DNA from: Octopus vulgaris
Lineage: Eukaryota
Length of the DNA: 64,000 nt
NCBI GenBank assembly: GCA_951406725.2
Contig: OX597824.1
Coordinates: forward strand, 30,442,001 to 30,506,000
Direction of reading: 5' to 3'
This document shows, piece after piece, positions 52,748 through 64,000 of the stretch (positions are counted from its first letter, which is position 1; each line of letters opens with the position of its first letter). The position numbers and the translations under genes were made by a program. The notes under the pieces were generated by a model. The model was given only the letters and a program-made list of their open reading frames with translations, had not been told where the DNA came from and searched no databases.

Positions 52748-53035
52748 GGAGGTGCAATGGCCCAGTGGTTAGGGCAGCGGACTCGTGGTCGTAGGATCGC
52801 AGTTTCGATTCCCAGGCCAGGCGTTGTGTTTATTGAGTGAAAACACCTAAAAGCTCCACGAGGCTCCGGCAGGGGGTGGTGATCCCTGCTGTACTCTTTC
52901 ACCACTCTTTCTTCTGTTGGCCTGCTCGCTTAGCCAGCGGGGTGGCGTCATTCAAAGGCTAAAACAATGCAAACGCATTGTGACCAGTGATGTGTAACAG
53001 CATCTGATGGTCTGGTTGGTCACATGATCACGTGA
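52748..53035 (+). mobile_element. tRNA(Arg)-headed SINE nested in the Penelope-like 3' region
   Basis: GCAATGGCCCAGTGGTTAGGGCAGCGGACTCGTGGTC..GTTTCGATTCC tRNA head with TCG anticodon-like loop; CpG-rich; ends GATCACGTGA then (TA)n. Confidence 0.8.
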
Positions 53036-53711
53036 TATATATATATATATATATATACAATCCCACAGACACACACGTGCACCAAAAAGGTTCATACACA
53101 CGTCTATATATGCACAAACACAAGAAAAATCAGGGCTAGGGGCAACAATACAGAAAAAAGGTGTAAGGGATTATAAAAATAAGCAATAAGAGTAAAACAC
53201 GTCTATATACGCACATACCCGTATGTACCCACAAACACACGTCTAAATATGCGCATACCCGCACATGTCTATATATGCACACACACACGCACAAAAATGT
53301 TCATATACATGTCTATATGCGCACATACACAAGAAAAAACAGGGCTAAAGGCAAAAATGCAGGAAAATGTGTAAAAAAAATGAGTAAAATATGTGTATAT
53401 ATGCACATGCATGCATGCACACACATCTATATACGCACACACACGCATACATCCACATGTGCACACACACACAGGATTCCATATACACATCTATATATGC
53501 ACTGGGAAAATGCAGGGTAGAAGGTAGAATACAGAAAAATTAAGTGTAAAAAATGAATAAGCAATAAACCTATAAACCAATATCTTTATAAATATGTACA
53601 AAATATATGTATAAAAAATATATAAATATATATAAAAATATATAAGAAATATAAGAAAAAAGTATAAAGAGATAAAAAGCTTGTACGTGGACACAATATA
53701 GAAAGCAAGTT

Positions 53712-54266
53712 CTATCTGTAATCTCGGTGGGACCAAAAATGAAACAAATATTTAGCCACATAAGGGCATGAACTGAAAAGTCCAGGTCTTGAATTCAGAC
53801 ATGTAACAGGGTCTAAGCTGCTTTTCCAGATGAGCCATCTTTCCATATCACATAGACCGCACTTTCCACTGTCGTTGGTGTAGGGCTTACACTTGGCTAA
53901 GATCTTCCAATGGATGTTGTAATTGACACCTTTAGCTTTTAAGGACGATATATGACTGGATAACTTGGTTGTTTTCCTTTTATCCCAGTGCCTGAAGCTC
54001 AAGGTGTGATTATTGAACCTGGCCTTGAAATTACCCTCTGTAAGGCCCACGTATTTCTTCATCAAAACCGTGTCCTTAGTGGATATAGAGGACACGGTGG
54101 CTTCATAAATGATGGTCTCGGACATGCAAGCTCCATTTAGCGGGCACAAATTTTTATCCCAGCATGAACAGCTGGTTTTGTATTGTGGTTTTTGTGTGTT
54201 GTGTGCAATTATATTTTTAAAATTGGTCGTTGAGCTGAAACTGATTTTTAAGTTATGTCTATTCAA
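53712..54266 (-). CDS. Penelope/Neptune-type GIY-YIG endonuclease domain (no RT upstream)
   Basis: CSCWDKNLCPLNGAC..IIYEATV..YVGLTEGNFKARFNNH..SF..TKLSSHI..WKIL..CGLCDME..LNSR..C: hallmark PLE endonuclease with Cys motifs; 184 codons open. Confidence 0.9.
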   Translation of the reverse strand: MNRHNLKISFSSTTNFKNIIAHNTQKPQYKTSCSCWDKNLCPLNGACMSETIIYEATVSSISTKDTVLMKKYVGLTEGNFKARFNNHTLSFRHWDKRKTTKLSSHISSLKAKGVNYNIHWKILAKCKPYTNDSGKCGLCDMERWLIWKSSLDPVTCLNSRPGLFSSCPYVAKYLFHFWSHRDYR

Positions 54267-54499
54267 GAGCTTTCTGTAAGTATGGTTACATACTTACTGT
54301 AAGACTGGAAAATGTCTAAGTCAACCATACTTACAGAAAGCTCTTCAATAGACACAACTTAAAAATCAGTTTCAGCTCAACTACTAATTTTAAAAATATA
54401 ATTGCACACAACACACAAAAACCACAATACGAAACCAGCTGTTCATGCAGGCATAAAAATTTATGCCTGCTAAATGGAGCTTGCATGTCCGAAACACAC

Positions 54500-54708
54500 G
54501 CCACCCGCTTTTTACATATTTCTCAGGAAGATTCAGCATGACACAGAGTGTGACAAGGCTGGCCCCTTCAAATACAGGCACTACTCATTTTTGTCAGCTG
54601 AGTGGACTAGAGCACCATGACACAAGGACATAATGTGCTGCTGGAAATTAAACTCACAACCCTACAATAATGAGCCAAATACCCTAACCACTAAGCCATT
54701 TGCCTTCA
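54500..54708 (-). mobile_element. tRNA-derived SINE
   Basis: Minus strand GAAGGCAAATGGCTTAGTGGTTAGGG..GTGAGTTTAATTTCC..CTAGTCCACTCAGCTG..AAAATGAGTA. Confidence 0.7.
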
Positions 54709-55709
54709 CACATACATTATATATGCTCACTCACACTCTATCTATCTCTCTCTCACACACACACATAGCATTTTCTGATTTGAAGAAAGCCTCTAACAGA
54801 ATACCATGCTCTGTAACCTAATGGTCACTAAGACACTGGCAGTAGAGGATTGGCTTGCAAGACCAAGAGAAGCCATGTTCAGGGATGCCAACAAATTAAA
54901 GGTTAGCAACAAGCTCAGTGAGAAATTAGGATCACTGAAGTGTCTGCCTAGGCTCAGTTTGTGGCATATATACCCCATGTTTATTATGGTTCTCCAGGCC
55001 ATAAATGGCTCTCTATTTGTAATTCTGTATACCAATGATCAAGTTCTTACACCCAAATCAGTTAACAAGTAGAACAAAAATTCCAAATGCAGAAACAGCA
55101 TCTAAAGTCAAGAATCTTAAAGGTTAATTTAGGAAAGACAAAAGTTTTAGTTGCTAGAAAACTATCACTGTTACCAACTGGGAAGTGGCCATGCTCAATT
55201 TTCAATGAAGAGTGTATAGGAACTCTATACTGTTAATTAAATGCACTCAATGGACACACAAAAACTCAGCTGGATGAAAAATTGCCAGAAAAGAATGACA
55301 GGTGTGGACATATCTCAGGAAGCTGAGTCTTATGAAGGAAATGGTAAAGGACTGTAACAAGTGGAGAGATGTGTTGATACTGACTTGTCCAATCCATGCC
55401 ATCATGTAAAAGCAGATGTAAAATTGATAAAATGATGATCTCCCACACACTAATATATCATTCATTTAATGTTTTCCATGCTAGCACGGATTGGGCAGGA
55501 TCTTGTTTGAAGAAGCATTTAATGGCTAAATACCCTTCCTGTTACCAACACTTGTTTTTCAATAAACAGGATTTTTAAAATTCCTGTGGTCTTTAAAAAC
55601 ACAGAGAAACTAGACACAATGTCAACAAGGAATGTAAGTATCATCACTGTTTTGCTGACAGTGACAAGCAAAGCCACCAAATGTCAACATTTATGCATGT
55701 GTGCATGCA

Positions 55710-55852
55710 TGCAACAGGCTTCCAATAGTTTCTATCTACCAATTCCATCCATAGGGCATTGGTCAGCTTTGTGATCAAGGTTATAACTAGAAATTATTTG
55801 TCCAGTGTGTTATGCACATGGATGCAAAGTGAGTTTCTTAACAACACAGCCA
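55710..55852 (-). mobile_element. CORE-like SINE fragment
   Basis: CAGGCTTCC..AGTTTCTATCTACCAATTC..CTTAACAACACAGCCAT. Confidence 0.55.
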
Positions 55853-58244
55853 TACACACACACATATAAGAGTGAGTATATGTATTTTAAACCAAATAGA
55901 AATATATTTATAAATCAATGCTAAGAAATATAATCTAATCTTTTAATTCATATAAAATTAAATTTCAGGAGGTAAAAAGTGCTGGCTAAATGTAATGCAA
56001 TGGCATTAAAGGCTTTAATTTATGTCAAGCTTCTGTAATTAATGAAAATGATAGTTCTCATAAAATACTGCAGCTATTCCACAAATACAACCACTACAAT
56101 GAGGGGTAGCTCTAAATAATCAGTCATAAATTAATATAGATACCAATCCTATAGTTGTGCCACATCTAACAATGAAATCAGCAACCAATCCTAAATTATT
56201 AACATGCCTAGAAACTACATGCACTAACAAGCCACTTCAATATATTTCAACAGGACTTGTATAAAATAAGCAATTATTAGTAAAATTAAAAGAGAAAACA
56301 GAGAGAAATTGGTTTTATAAGTCTACTGTAATTGGTAGGAATTTCTGTTCAGCCTTTTAATAAATCTATCTTACGTATAAAGATTAAAATCAAAATACCA
56401 AATAAGTGAAGAGTGAAATCAAATTGACAACAAACCTTCACATACCAACAACTACAAGCATTTAATATACTACTTAATCTTCAGTTTATTCTTCAATCAC
56501 TTTCATTTTTCTAAATCTTATTAGTACACAGTCTGAGGCAGACTGATATCAAAAGGGTTAAAAACAAAGCTTAAATACACTAAAATGCGATATAAAAAAA
56601 ATGGTTCATCCACAAAAAGGCACTGAGGATCTGAGTCCCAAAAGGGATGTAGCAAAGACTAATATTTAATCTGAGAATTGTTCAAGAAAAGTATGTAATG
56701 CAGGGTTTTTTTTTTCACTCTGAAATAAGAAATGCTTGTTTGATTTCATTAAATGTTATTAGACAGTTGGATATCATTAACAGATATGGTAAAATTCCTC
56801 AATGTAAATATCAGAAACAGAAAATTATATTAGCAAGGAATAAAATACAGGATTTAAAGAATAGAAAAGAAAGAAGGATTTTGTCATATGCATACGAGTG
56901 AGTGAAATTAGTGCTGAATATATATTAGTGCTGAAACAGAATATAACTTGTATACAGAGTTACACAGATGATAGATTATTTAGGAACTGACAGCCAACAT
57001 GCATCTTTCATTTTAAAAATCTTGAACTGTTTAACAGCAAATCCAGTTAATACTCCTCAATGCAGTGATTTCTCAACATCAGTTCTCTTCCGCATCACCA
57101 TAGCAAGGTGTAAATTATGTAAATATATAACCTAAACCACAAAGCTTTAATTCCCAACCATGCAATATTTTTCTCATATTTAATACAGATTCTACTCTTC
57201 AAAAATAGCACTATCAATTTTTATACTCTACAAGGTCTTCTTCTTCAGGCACTGAAATGGAAAACCATATTCAAATGAAGTTTTATTTTTCTGACAACTT
57301 TATGGCAGAACTTAATTTGATGTAGAGGAAGAGATATTTTATCAATATTGTTCAGTCAGACAAACAATAAAAAATAGAATAAATATATACATGGACTAAT
57401 AGTTTTGATCTTCATTTTTAGAGACATATGTCATCAGTAATTTCAAAGATAAGAAATGAAAAGTCACATATTTACGAAAGATTTATGAAGGAAAACAAAC
57501 CAACTACATCACAAGAAAGAAAAATTCAAAAGGCGATAAAAAAATAAACACCATATCAAAAATCTTCTTTTATAAACAGTTTGGAGTTGGCCTCAGAGAA
57601 TATTCTTTGATTCCTCTAAAGAGCTATAATATTTTTCCATATGATAATTGTAAAAGCAACCACTATGAGATATTAATACCAAGATGTCTGTCTAAAACTG
57701 ACTTGAAAATGTAAGGTAAAAATCTCAAAAATTACAGACTAAAGCAATATTTAAATTGCATCAAACAACATAAAATAAAAATGCAAACATCAAATTAAAA
57801 TATTTTTTCTTAATTACACAGCATAGAATATTTCAGCTAAAGAAATATCAGTTACATACTTTTTTTTTAAAAATTAAGTGTTATTGTCTTCATGAAGTAT
57901 CTTGTCTCTGCTACTATTTAATTAGCTAACTTTGCACTGGGATAAATTTTACATATTAATTCAGAAGTTTACTGTCTATAAATAATTCTGAAACTCAGCC
58001 TAAGCAAAATTACTCTAAAACTTTGTTGTACATAGTTTGTTACGCATCACAATTTTATTATCTCCATGTGTAATAAAAAGCACAAAGCTAAATAATGCAA
58101 TAAAGCAGAATCTGAAAGCTATATTTATATAAAAATATAAATAGTAGAGTTTTCTACACTCAAAACTGACTATTTTTCATTATTTAACTGACATCATCTT
58201 CATTATATGAAATTGTATGAAGCAATTATTTGAACAGAAGCATT

Positions 58245-58265
58245 TATTATCATTATTATTATTAT

Positions 58266-58296
<31 letters not shown>

Positions 58297-58338
58297 TTAC
58301 TACTACTACTACAACTACTACTACTACAACTAACAACT
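58245..58338. repeat. (ATT)n(AGT)n-(ACT)n inverted compound microsatellite
   Basis: Direct read. Confidence 0.9.
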
Positions 58339-60359
58339 ATAATGGTTTCTAATTTAGGAATTTGAGGGCAGGGATCAATTAGATTGATCCCTGACATATT
58401 ACTTGTACTTTATGTAAACTCAGAACATATCAAGACATAACTAAATCTGCAAAATCACTTGACAGCAGCAACATATTTCTAAATGGTGGTCATTATTGTA
58501 AAGAACAATTACTTGCAAGTTTCATGGAACTAGAACAGAGCAAATAAAATATGTTTGCAGACCACAACATGGAACAGCTTAGTGACTTAGCTTTAGTGCA
58601 GTAGTAATTGTTGACATCTTCGTTGTAATCATCCTTGATCAGTTTGGACATTTAGTTTGCTAAATTACATTTATTTATTTTTTTTACTTCCTACAAAATA
58701 AAATATTATTACACGCAGTCAAACAAGCTCTTGGATAAATCAGTATTCAGTTGCTTCAACAGTATATATTCAATCCTTCTGTGATTAAGAACATATAAGA
58801 GAAGCAAATGGTTTGGAAAGCATAAATGAATATATCTTAAATATGAGACTCAATCAATAACAAAATCCTTTCAAAAACCACAGCAGATCACTGCAAATAC
58901 AGACACTGGGTTGTTAAAATTGGTTTACAATTTAGAGACGTCAGCTTATAAAATCAGATTTCCTAAAGTACAAAAGTGTGAGCATACGTGTAAACACATA
59001 CATATATTTTATAGGCATGCACATTCACTCACACATTTTACTTTCCAATATTATTTTATAGCTTCTCTAAAACTTGGCAATTGTACTTAATATTCTATTA
59101 TACTGTTTGCTTTCTACTTCTGGAAACTACCAGAATAGTTTGGCTCTATTCCCATATCCTGTACTGCCAAGAATACACAAACACACCTACATACATACAC
59201 ATATATACAATATGTGTGTACATGAAAGGTTGTATTGCAAGATGACTTTCATAATCTCTATAAAAGTAAGTTAGTAAAGTGCTTGTTGCACCATTAAAGT
59301 ATATTTATCAATCAAAGGTTATGATGAAACTGTCAATGAAATCAGATATATTTTACAGCAATTGCAGCACAGAAAATACTGATGTCTTTGATCAATTTAC
59401 TATTACAGTTAGTTTTTAAATCAACCTACACCCAGCAGCATTTTGTGTAGTACATATACAAACATGCTCATGTGCACACGTGCACACACACACACGATGT
59501 ACACACCAGTAATTTTGAAGAATAGGTGCATTAAAGTCAAGTGAAAGGTAATAAAATATCCCAGTTTCAATTCACAAAGTTCTTGTTGTAAACAATACTA
59601 TCCCATTGTTGGTTGTTGTATTACATAACTGGTTAAATGAAAAGAATATGAAAAGAAAAGAAAAATGATTTTCTTTCATATTACCAATTTATTCTTTTCA
59701 AATTTAGTATCAAATTGAGTCGGCAATACATAGATATTGCACTTTATGTCTAAAAACTTTCAATAAAATCGTAATTTTCTAACATAATGTTGTTATAATG
59801 TTGGTCAGATCCAAATAATACCAGACCTCTCCTCCTATGGTACAGAGTACTCAAACATTTGGTAATGCAATAGATACTAACAATTATGCCAGTATATGAA
59901 TATTATATTTCATTAGTCTTATATAGGATTAAAGAGCTGCTTAACCTTCATAGAATACAACTTCAGAATTATAAGAACTGTAGGGGTTCTTACTAACAAT
60001 TTGTTAGTTAAACTGGAACAAAATTGAAATTAGTGAGCAAAGAAGAACCAAATATTTTCAGAAAATTATGGCACCTAAAATTTAAAACTATAGATATTTG
60101 AAAGAAAAGATAGTCAGTTTATTCACAGGTTCACTTTCCTTCAAAGGAGATCCCTCTCTGACCTAAAATTTAGAGTATTTATAATATAGGTTATGTATCA
60201 TGGTAGAATTCAACTATTCTAGCTAGAAGTAAGCCCCCAGAAAATTAATATTCAAGTGAAATTAATTAAAAGTTTGGTGGAAATAAAAATGAAATAGGAC
60301 AAACAAGCAAAAGGTTGAATATTGCAAAAATTATTTGTACCAACTCTAACTGACTAATA

Positions 60360-60570
60360 ATGGTTTGTAATATTGACACAAAGCCTCAGATTCAGGGAGC
60401 AAGTATAGAAGATTCAACTGCATCCCCACCCTAACTTGACTGGTGCTTATTTTATCAATCCTGCAATAATTTAAGGCAAAGTTATCCAAACAATATTTGA
60501 ACTTAAAACATAGAGATATGACTAAATACTACATAGTATTTTGTTTACTCCTCTACTTATTCTGCTATTT
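60360..60570 (-). mobile_element. Meta-domain-like SINE (old)
   Basis: GACTGGTGCTTATTTTATCAATCC..AAGGCAAAGTT..ATTTGAACT. Confidence 0.55.
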
Positions 60571-62704
60571 CACAGCCCTTTATAGTTACGTAAAAGTGCC
60601 ATGATCACTACAAAATTGGAAACAGACCAAATATTTTACACAAAAAATTTACTTCCATGCAGCAGCTGAAATAAAGGGAGTAAGGTGCAGAAATATTTAT
60701 CTGGTAGATCTGGGAGGTTCTATAACCAAACTGAAAGTTACAGATTCCTGAACTGGACATTGGTGCTTATTGCCAAACATTCCACCCCCTTCATCTGCAC
60801 ATAAAGGCTTAGTACCGAAACTGACAAGGTTTCAAAATATCAAAGCTTGTCAATATCCTCCTTTAAAATAAGAGATCCTCTTCAATAGAAGATATACAAG
60901 GTTTAAATACGAATACAGTAAAGAAGCACCTTGACATTCTATTGTCAGTATGCTCACAGTGCAATTACTCAAACCAGTAACATATAATAAATAAAATCAG
61001 ACAAGTGTGATATCAATATACAGCTTGTTTCCAAAAACAAAAATATATTAAAATTATTAAAATATTTATATTGACAATAACAATGACTAAGAAGATGATG
61101 ACAACAAATCTGTTGTCAGGTCTAATCTCTTGGAGACTTTTTGTTGTTATTATTAAATAAGTCATTAATAATACTTTGAATATTTTTCTCCGATTAAAAA
61201 TTTACACTTCATATTTATATTTTAATGTAATTCCTAAGTATTTATGAAAATACAGATAAGCAAAAACTAAAATGTCAGAATATTTCAAAGGAAAAATGAA
61301 ATCAAGAGACACAGCCAGCAAGGCCACAGGTATGGGGCTGAAACATGTAAAAGAATAAAAGAATAATAAAAAGGTATAGTTTATTGAGGAAGAAATGGTT
61401 AAACCCTTTACCAGTCCTATGCATTTTCATAAATTTGTTTTAAACATCCATGCTTGTTTACAGAATTTTAGTTAGCCCTTGTTTCATATGTTCTGAGTAA
61501 AATAAAGCTTTCCTTTCTCAAGTCAGAAGTTAACCCAGTGATTGGGGAAAAAAATAGGAATGTGTGACATCTATGATGCATGGACACCAGAGAAAAGTTT
61601 ATGCTAAAAAGAGTAATATGTGACTTGAAGACACACTTGAAAAAGCAATGTTTAATTGTAATAGAGCTAAAGTAAAAATAATATTAAGCAACTGATGCAA
61701 TGAGAGAAATTACACAACTGATGATGGAGAATGGAAGGAATTCATTGAAGAGATTAAATAATTTAAGCAGATAAAGTAGGATTACCAGTTAAGTAAGCAA
61801 AGAGCATAGATATAATGGACGCAGCATGAATAAAAAAAAAAACTTGAACAAAACAACTGAACACACACACATTACATTCACCTTTGAAATCCTTTTACAT
61901 CTTAAACTCGTTAATGGCATTGAATTTTAGATGTGTCAATAGCACAGATTTAATCTGAATCAACTGATTAGATCACTGTGCTGTAGACAATAGCAACACA
62001 AGTAGACAAGTGATTGTGATAACTGACTGATAAATAGCAGCTATAATAAACAATACATTTTCATAAACAGCAATAAAATTAAATAAATGTTAAAAAGTTG
62101 TATGGTTAAGCCTCAAGGAGTTGTATAAGTTTACATGGATGTGCTATATAAACAATTATGCAACATAATCATCTTATAAGAAGAAATAATAGAAAAAATA
62201 TACAACTGAACTTTCAAATTAAAAAGTCTATTCTTTAAAAATTAAAACAAAAGCCTGTTATAATTTCAATAATACTATAATACTTCACAAAAATAATCGC
62301 CTTTATTATTAATTAAAGCAGTGAATTCAGCACATCATTGACTAATTGCTTTTGTTGTACATAGTTACACTCCTTTACATCCAGATTTCAAATTCCATTG
62401 CCGTCATGTATATGTATGTATGTGTAGCATTCATATACATTTTAGGTCAAAAATCCATTGTATGCAATTGTAGCAGCATTAAATTAAAATAGCCATTTAT
62501 TTTGTTTAGGCATGTAGATGCAAGTATACATTATTAACAAGGCCCAAGAAGGCTGGAATGCGTTTGACATTCTCACTAGCCATTGCCAGGATGAGTTTTC
62601 ATTTCTTTCCTATATATACTAAATCTGATCAAAAAAGAATCAGGACTGGTGCTATAAAAAAAATGTGAAGGAAATACATGATTACCCAACCTGATAGAAA
62701 AGCA

Positions 62705-62850
62705 AGAGAAGGGGGGAGAGAGGGAGAGGAGGGATGGGAGGGAGGGATCAGGAGAGGGAGAGAGGGAGGGATCGGGAGAGGGAGAGAGGGAGGGATCAGG
62801 AGAGAGAGAGAGAGAGAGAGTGGGAGACAGCAGGAGAGCAGGAGAGAGGT
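62705..62850 (+). repeat. Purine-rich GA/GGGA tract with ~24-bp repeat
   Basis: GGGAGGGATC(A/G)GGAGAG(G/A)GAGAGA-type unit repeated three times, then (GA)n. Confidence 0.9.
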
Positions 62851-62926
62851 GGTGGTAAAGTGCTGGGTGTACTTCCAAGGGACAGGGATCAGAATATAAA
62901 TGAGATAGCAAAGGAAGAGAAAGATA

Positions 62927-63830
62927 CAGGGGTTGAACCTCTAAACAAATTTATTTTAATATGGGGTAGGACTGCCTTTGGCAGTAATTACAGCTTGAAT
63001 TCTACAAAGTATGGACTCATACAAAGTTTCAATTGTTTCCAAAGGAATTTTTGTCCATTCTTCAGCTAAAACAGTCTCCGGTTCTGGTAGTGATGATGGT
63101 GGAGGATATCGATTCCTTACTTGTTTTTCCAAAATGCACCGTAAATGTTCAATAATGTTCAGATCTGGGAACTGTGGTGGCCAGGTAAGATGTTCAACTT
63201 CACTAGAATCTTCCTTGTGCCATTCAATAACAACTTTAGCTGTGTGAATTGGTTCATCATCATCCTGAAAGATTGTGTTTCGCTCTGGAAACAATTCTGC
63301 AAATACAGTATGAATTTGATCAGATAAAATGCTTAAATAGTCTTGACTATTAATTCTGCCATGAAGAGAAACCATTGGGCTGGCGGATTTCGAAGATATA
63401 GTCCCCCCCACTCCAGATCATCACAGATCCTCCACCATGTTTAACAGTTGGAAGAAAGCAGTCTGGGTCAAATGCTTCTTTTGGCTGTCTCCACACTTAT
63501 ACTCGGCTGGTGGTTAGAAATAAGATAAAGGATGACTCATCCAAGAAAATAATATACTTCCACTACTCTAGGGACCAATTCTGTAGGTTTTTACTCCACT
63601 CTAAACACTTCACAACGTTTGTTTTTGAAAGTAGTGGTTTTCTGACTGCAACCCTCCCATGAAATCCGGCTTTGTGCAGCTCCCGGCAAACAGTTTTGTG
63701 GAAACTGGGTTCTTGACGTGGTCATTAAGCTCTGAAGTAATTTTGGGAGCTGTACTTTTGTGATCCTTTCTAACAATTTGCATAAGAGTCCAACAGTCCC
63801 TATCTGAAAGTTTTGGAAGAGATGTAGTTT
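62927..63830 (-). mobile_element. Tc1-like transposon, DD36E (Incomer-type), frameshifted and 5'-truncated
   Basis: TA|CAGGGGTTG end; KLSDRD.. HTH, DESSF, TVKHGGGSVMI, FQDDDEPIH..WPPQFPDLNIIE; 36 residues between the catalytic D and E. Confidence 0.85.
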
Positions 63831-64000
63831 GGTTTGTTGAAGTAGGGTGTATGAAAAGTTTTATTGTTGCATGTGGGTGGAACACATAGTGCTTCTAGAA
63901 CTCAGTTTCGCTGACATAGGCAGATCTTTTCATGAACCAGATATATTGATCCATTGTCCATATTGCCAGACATCTTGATCCATTGTCATTTCCTCTGTAA

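Larger units (their letters stand above)
52358..54495 (-). mobile_element. 5'-truncated Penelope-like element (GIY-YIG ORF, 3' region, inverted 5' duplication)
   Basis: GIY-YIG ORF 53712-54266, inverted arms 54116-54287 and 54323-54495, hammerhead-like remnant at 52394-52448; inclusion of the 3' region is inferred. Confidence 0.75.

Noticed and set aside
52748-52825. Functional tRNA-Arg gene
   Set aside because: No closing acceptor stem or terminator; continues into the SINE body
62576-63069. SPDPSL and RE-repeat ORFs
   Set aside because: Translation of the GA/GGGA repeat
1-64000. Prokaryotic operon, defence system or CRISPR array
   Set aside because: Very low coding density, microsatellites, SINEs and spliceosomal signals indicate animal DNA; no regularly spaced repeat-spacer array was seen

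Overview
AT-rich, microsatellite- and repeat-dense eukaryotic DNA with no prokaryotic gene, operon or CRISPR structure. The SINE families (tRNA-headed CORE/OR-like and Meta-domain-like) resemble those I recall from coleoid cephalopods, most likely Octopus; this is an inference from memory, not a database result. Most of the window looks like long intron(s) of a minus-strand gene: the + strand looks A-rich by eye, there is one well-formed 99-nt exon at 22769-22867, and there are weaker candidate exons at 44781-44865, 18102-18489 and 16032-16183. The rest is transposon debris: R4/Dong-type retrotransposons, RTE and CR1/L2-type LINE pieces, a Penelope-like GIY-YIG element with an inverted 5' duplication, a DD36E Tc1-like element, mariner and pogo/Tigger fossils, a composite Helitron, piggyBac/Kolobok/hAT-like MITEs and many SINEs. 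Almost all ORFs in the track are spurious. The most unusual signals are two convergent hammerhead-ribozyme-like motifs flanking a (TA)n tract at 52.2-52.45 kb, an (AAT)n-associated non-coding repeat nested in an R4/Dong 3' end, AG|GTAA (recursive-splice-like) exon starts, and the DD36E transposase. I found no convincing new multi-gene system.
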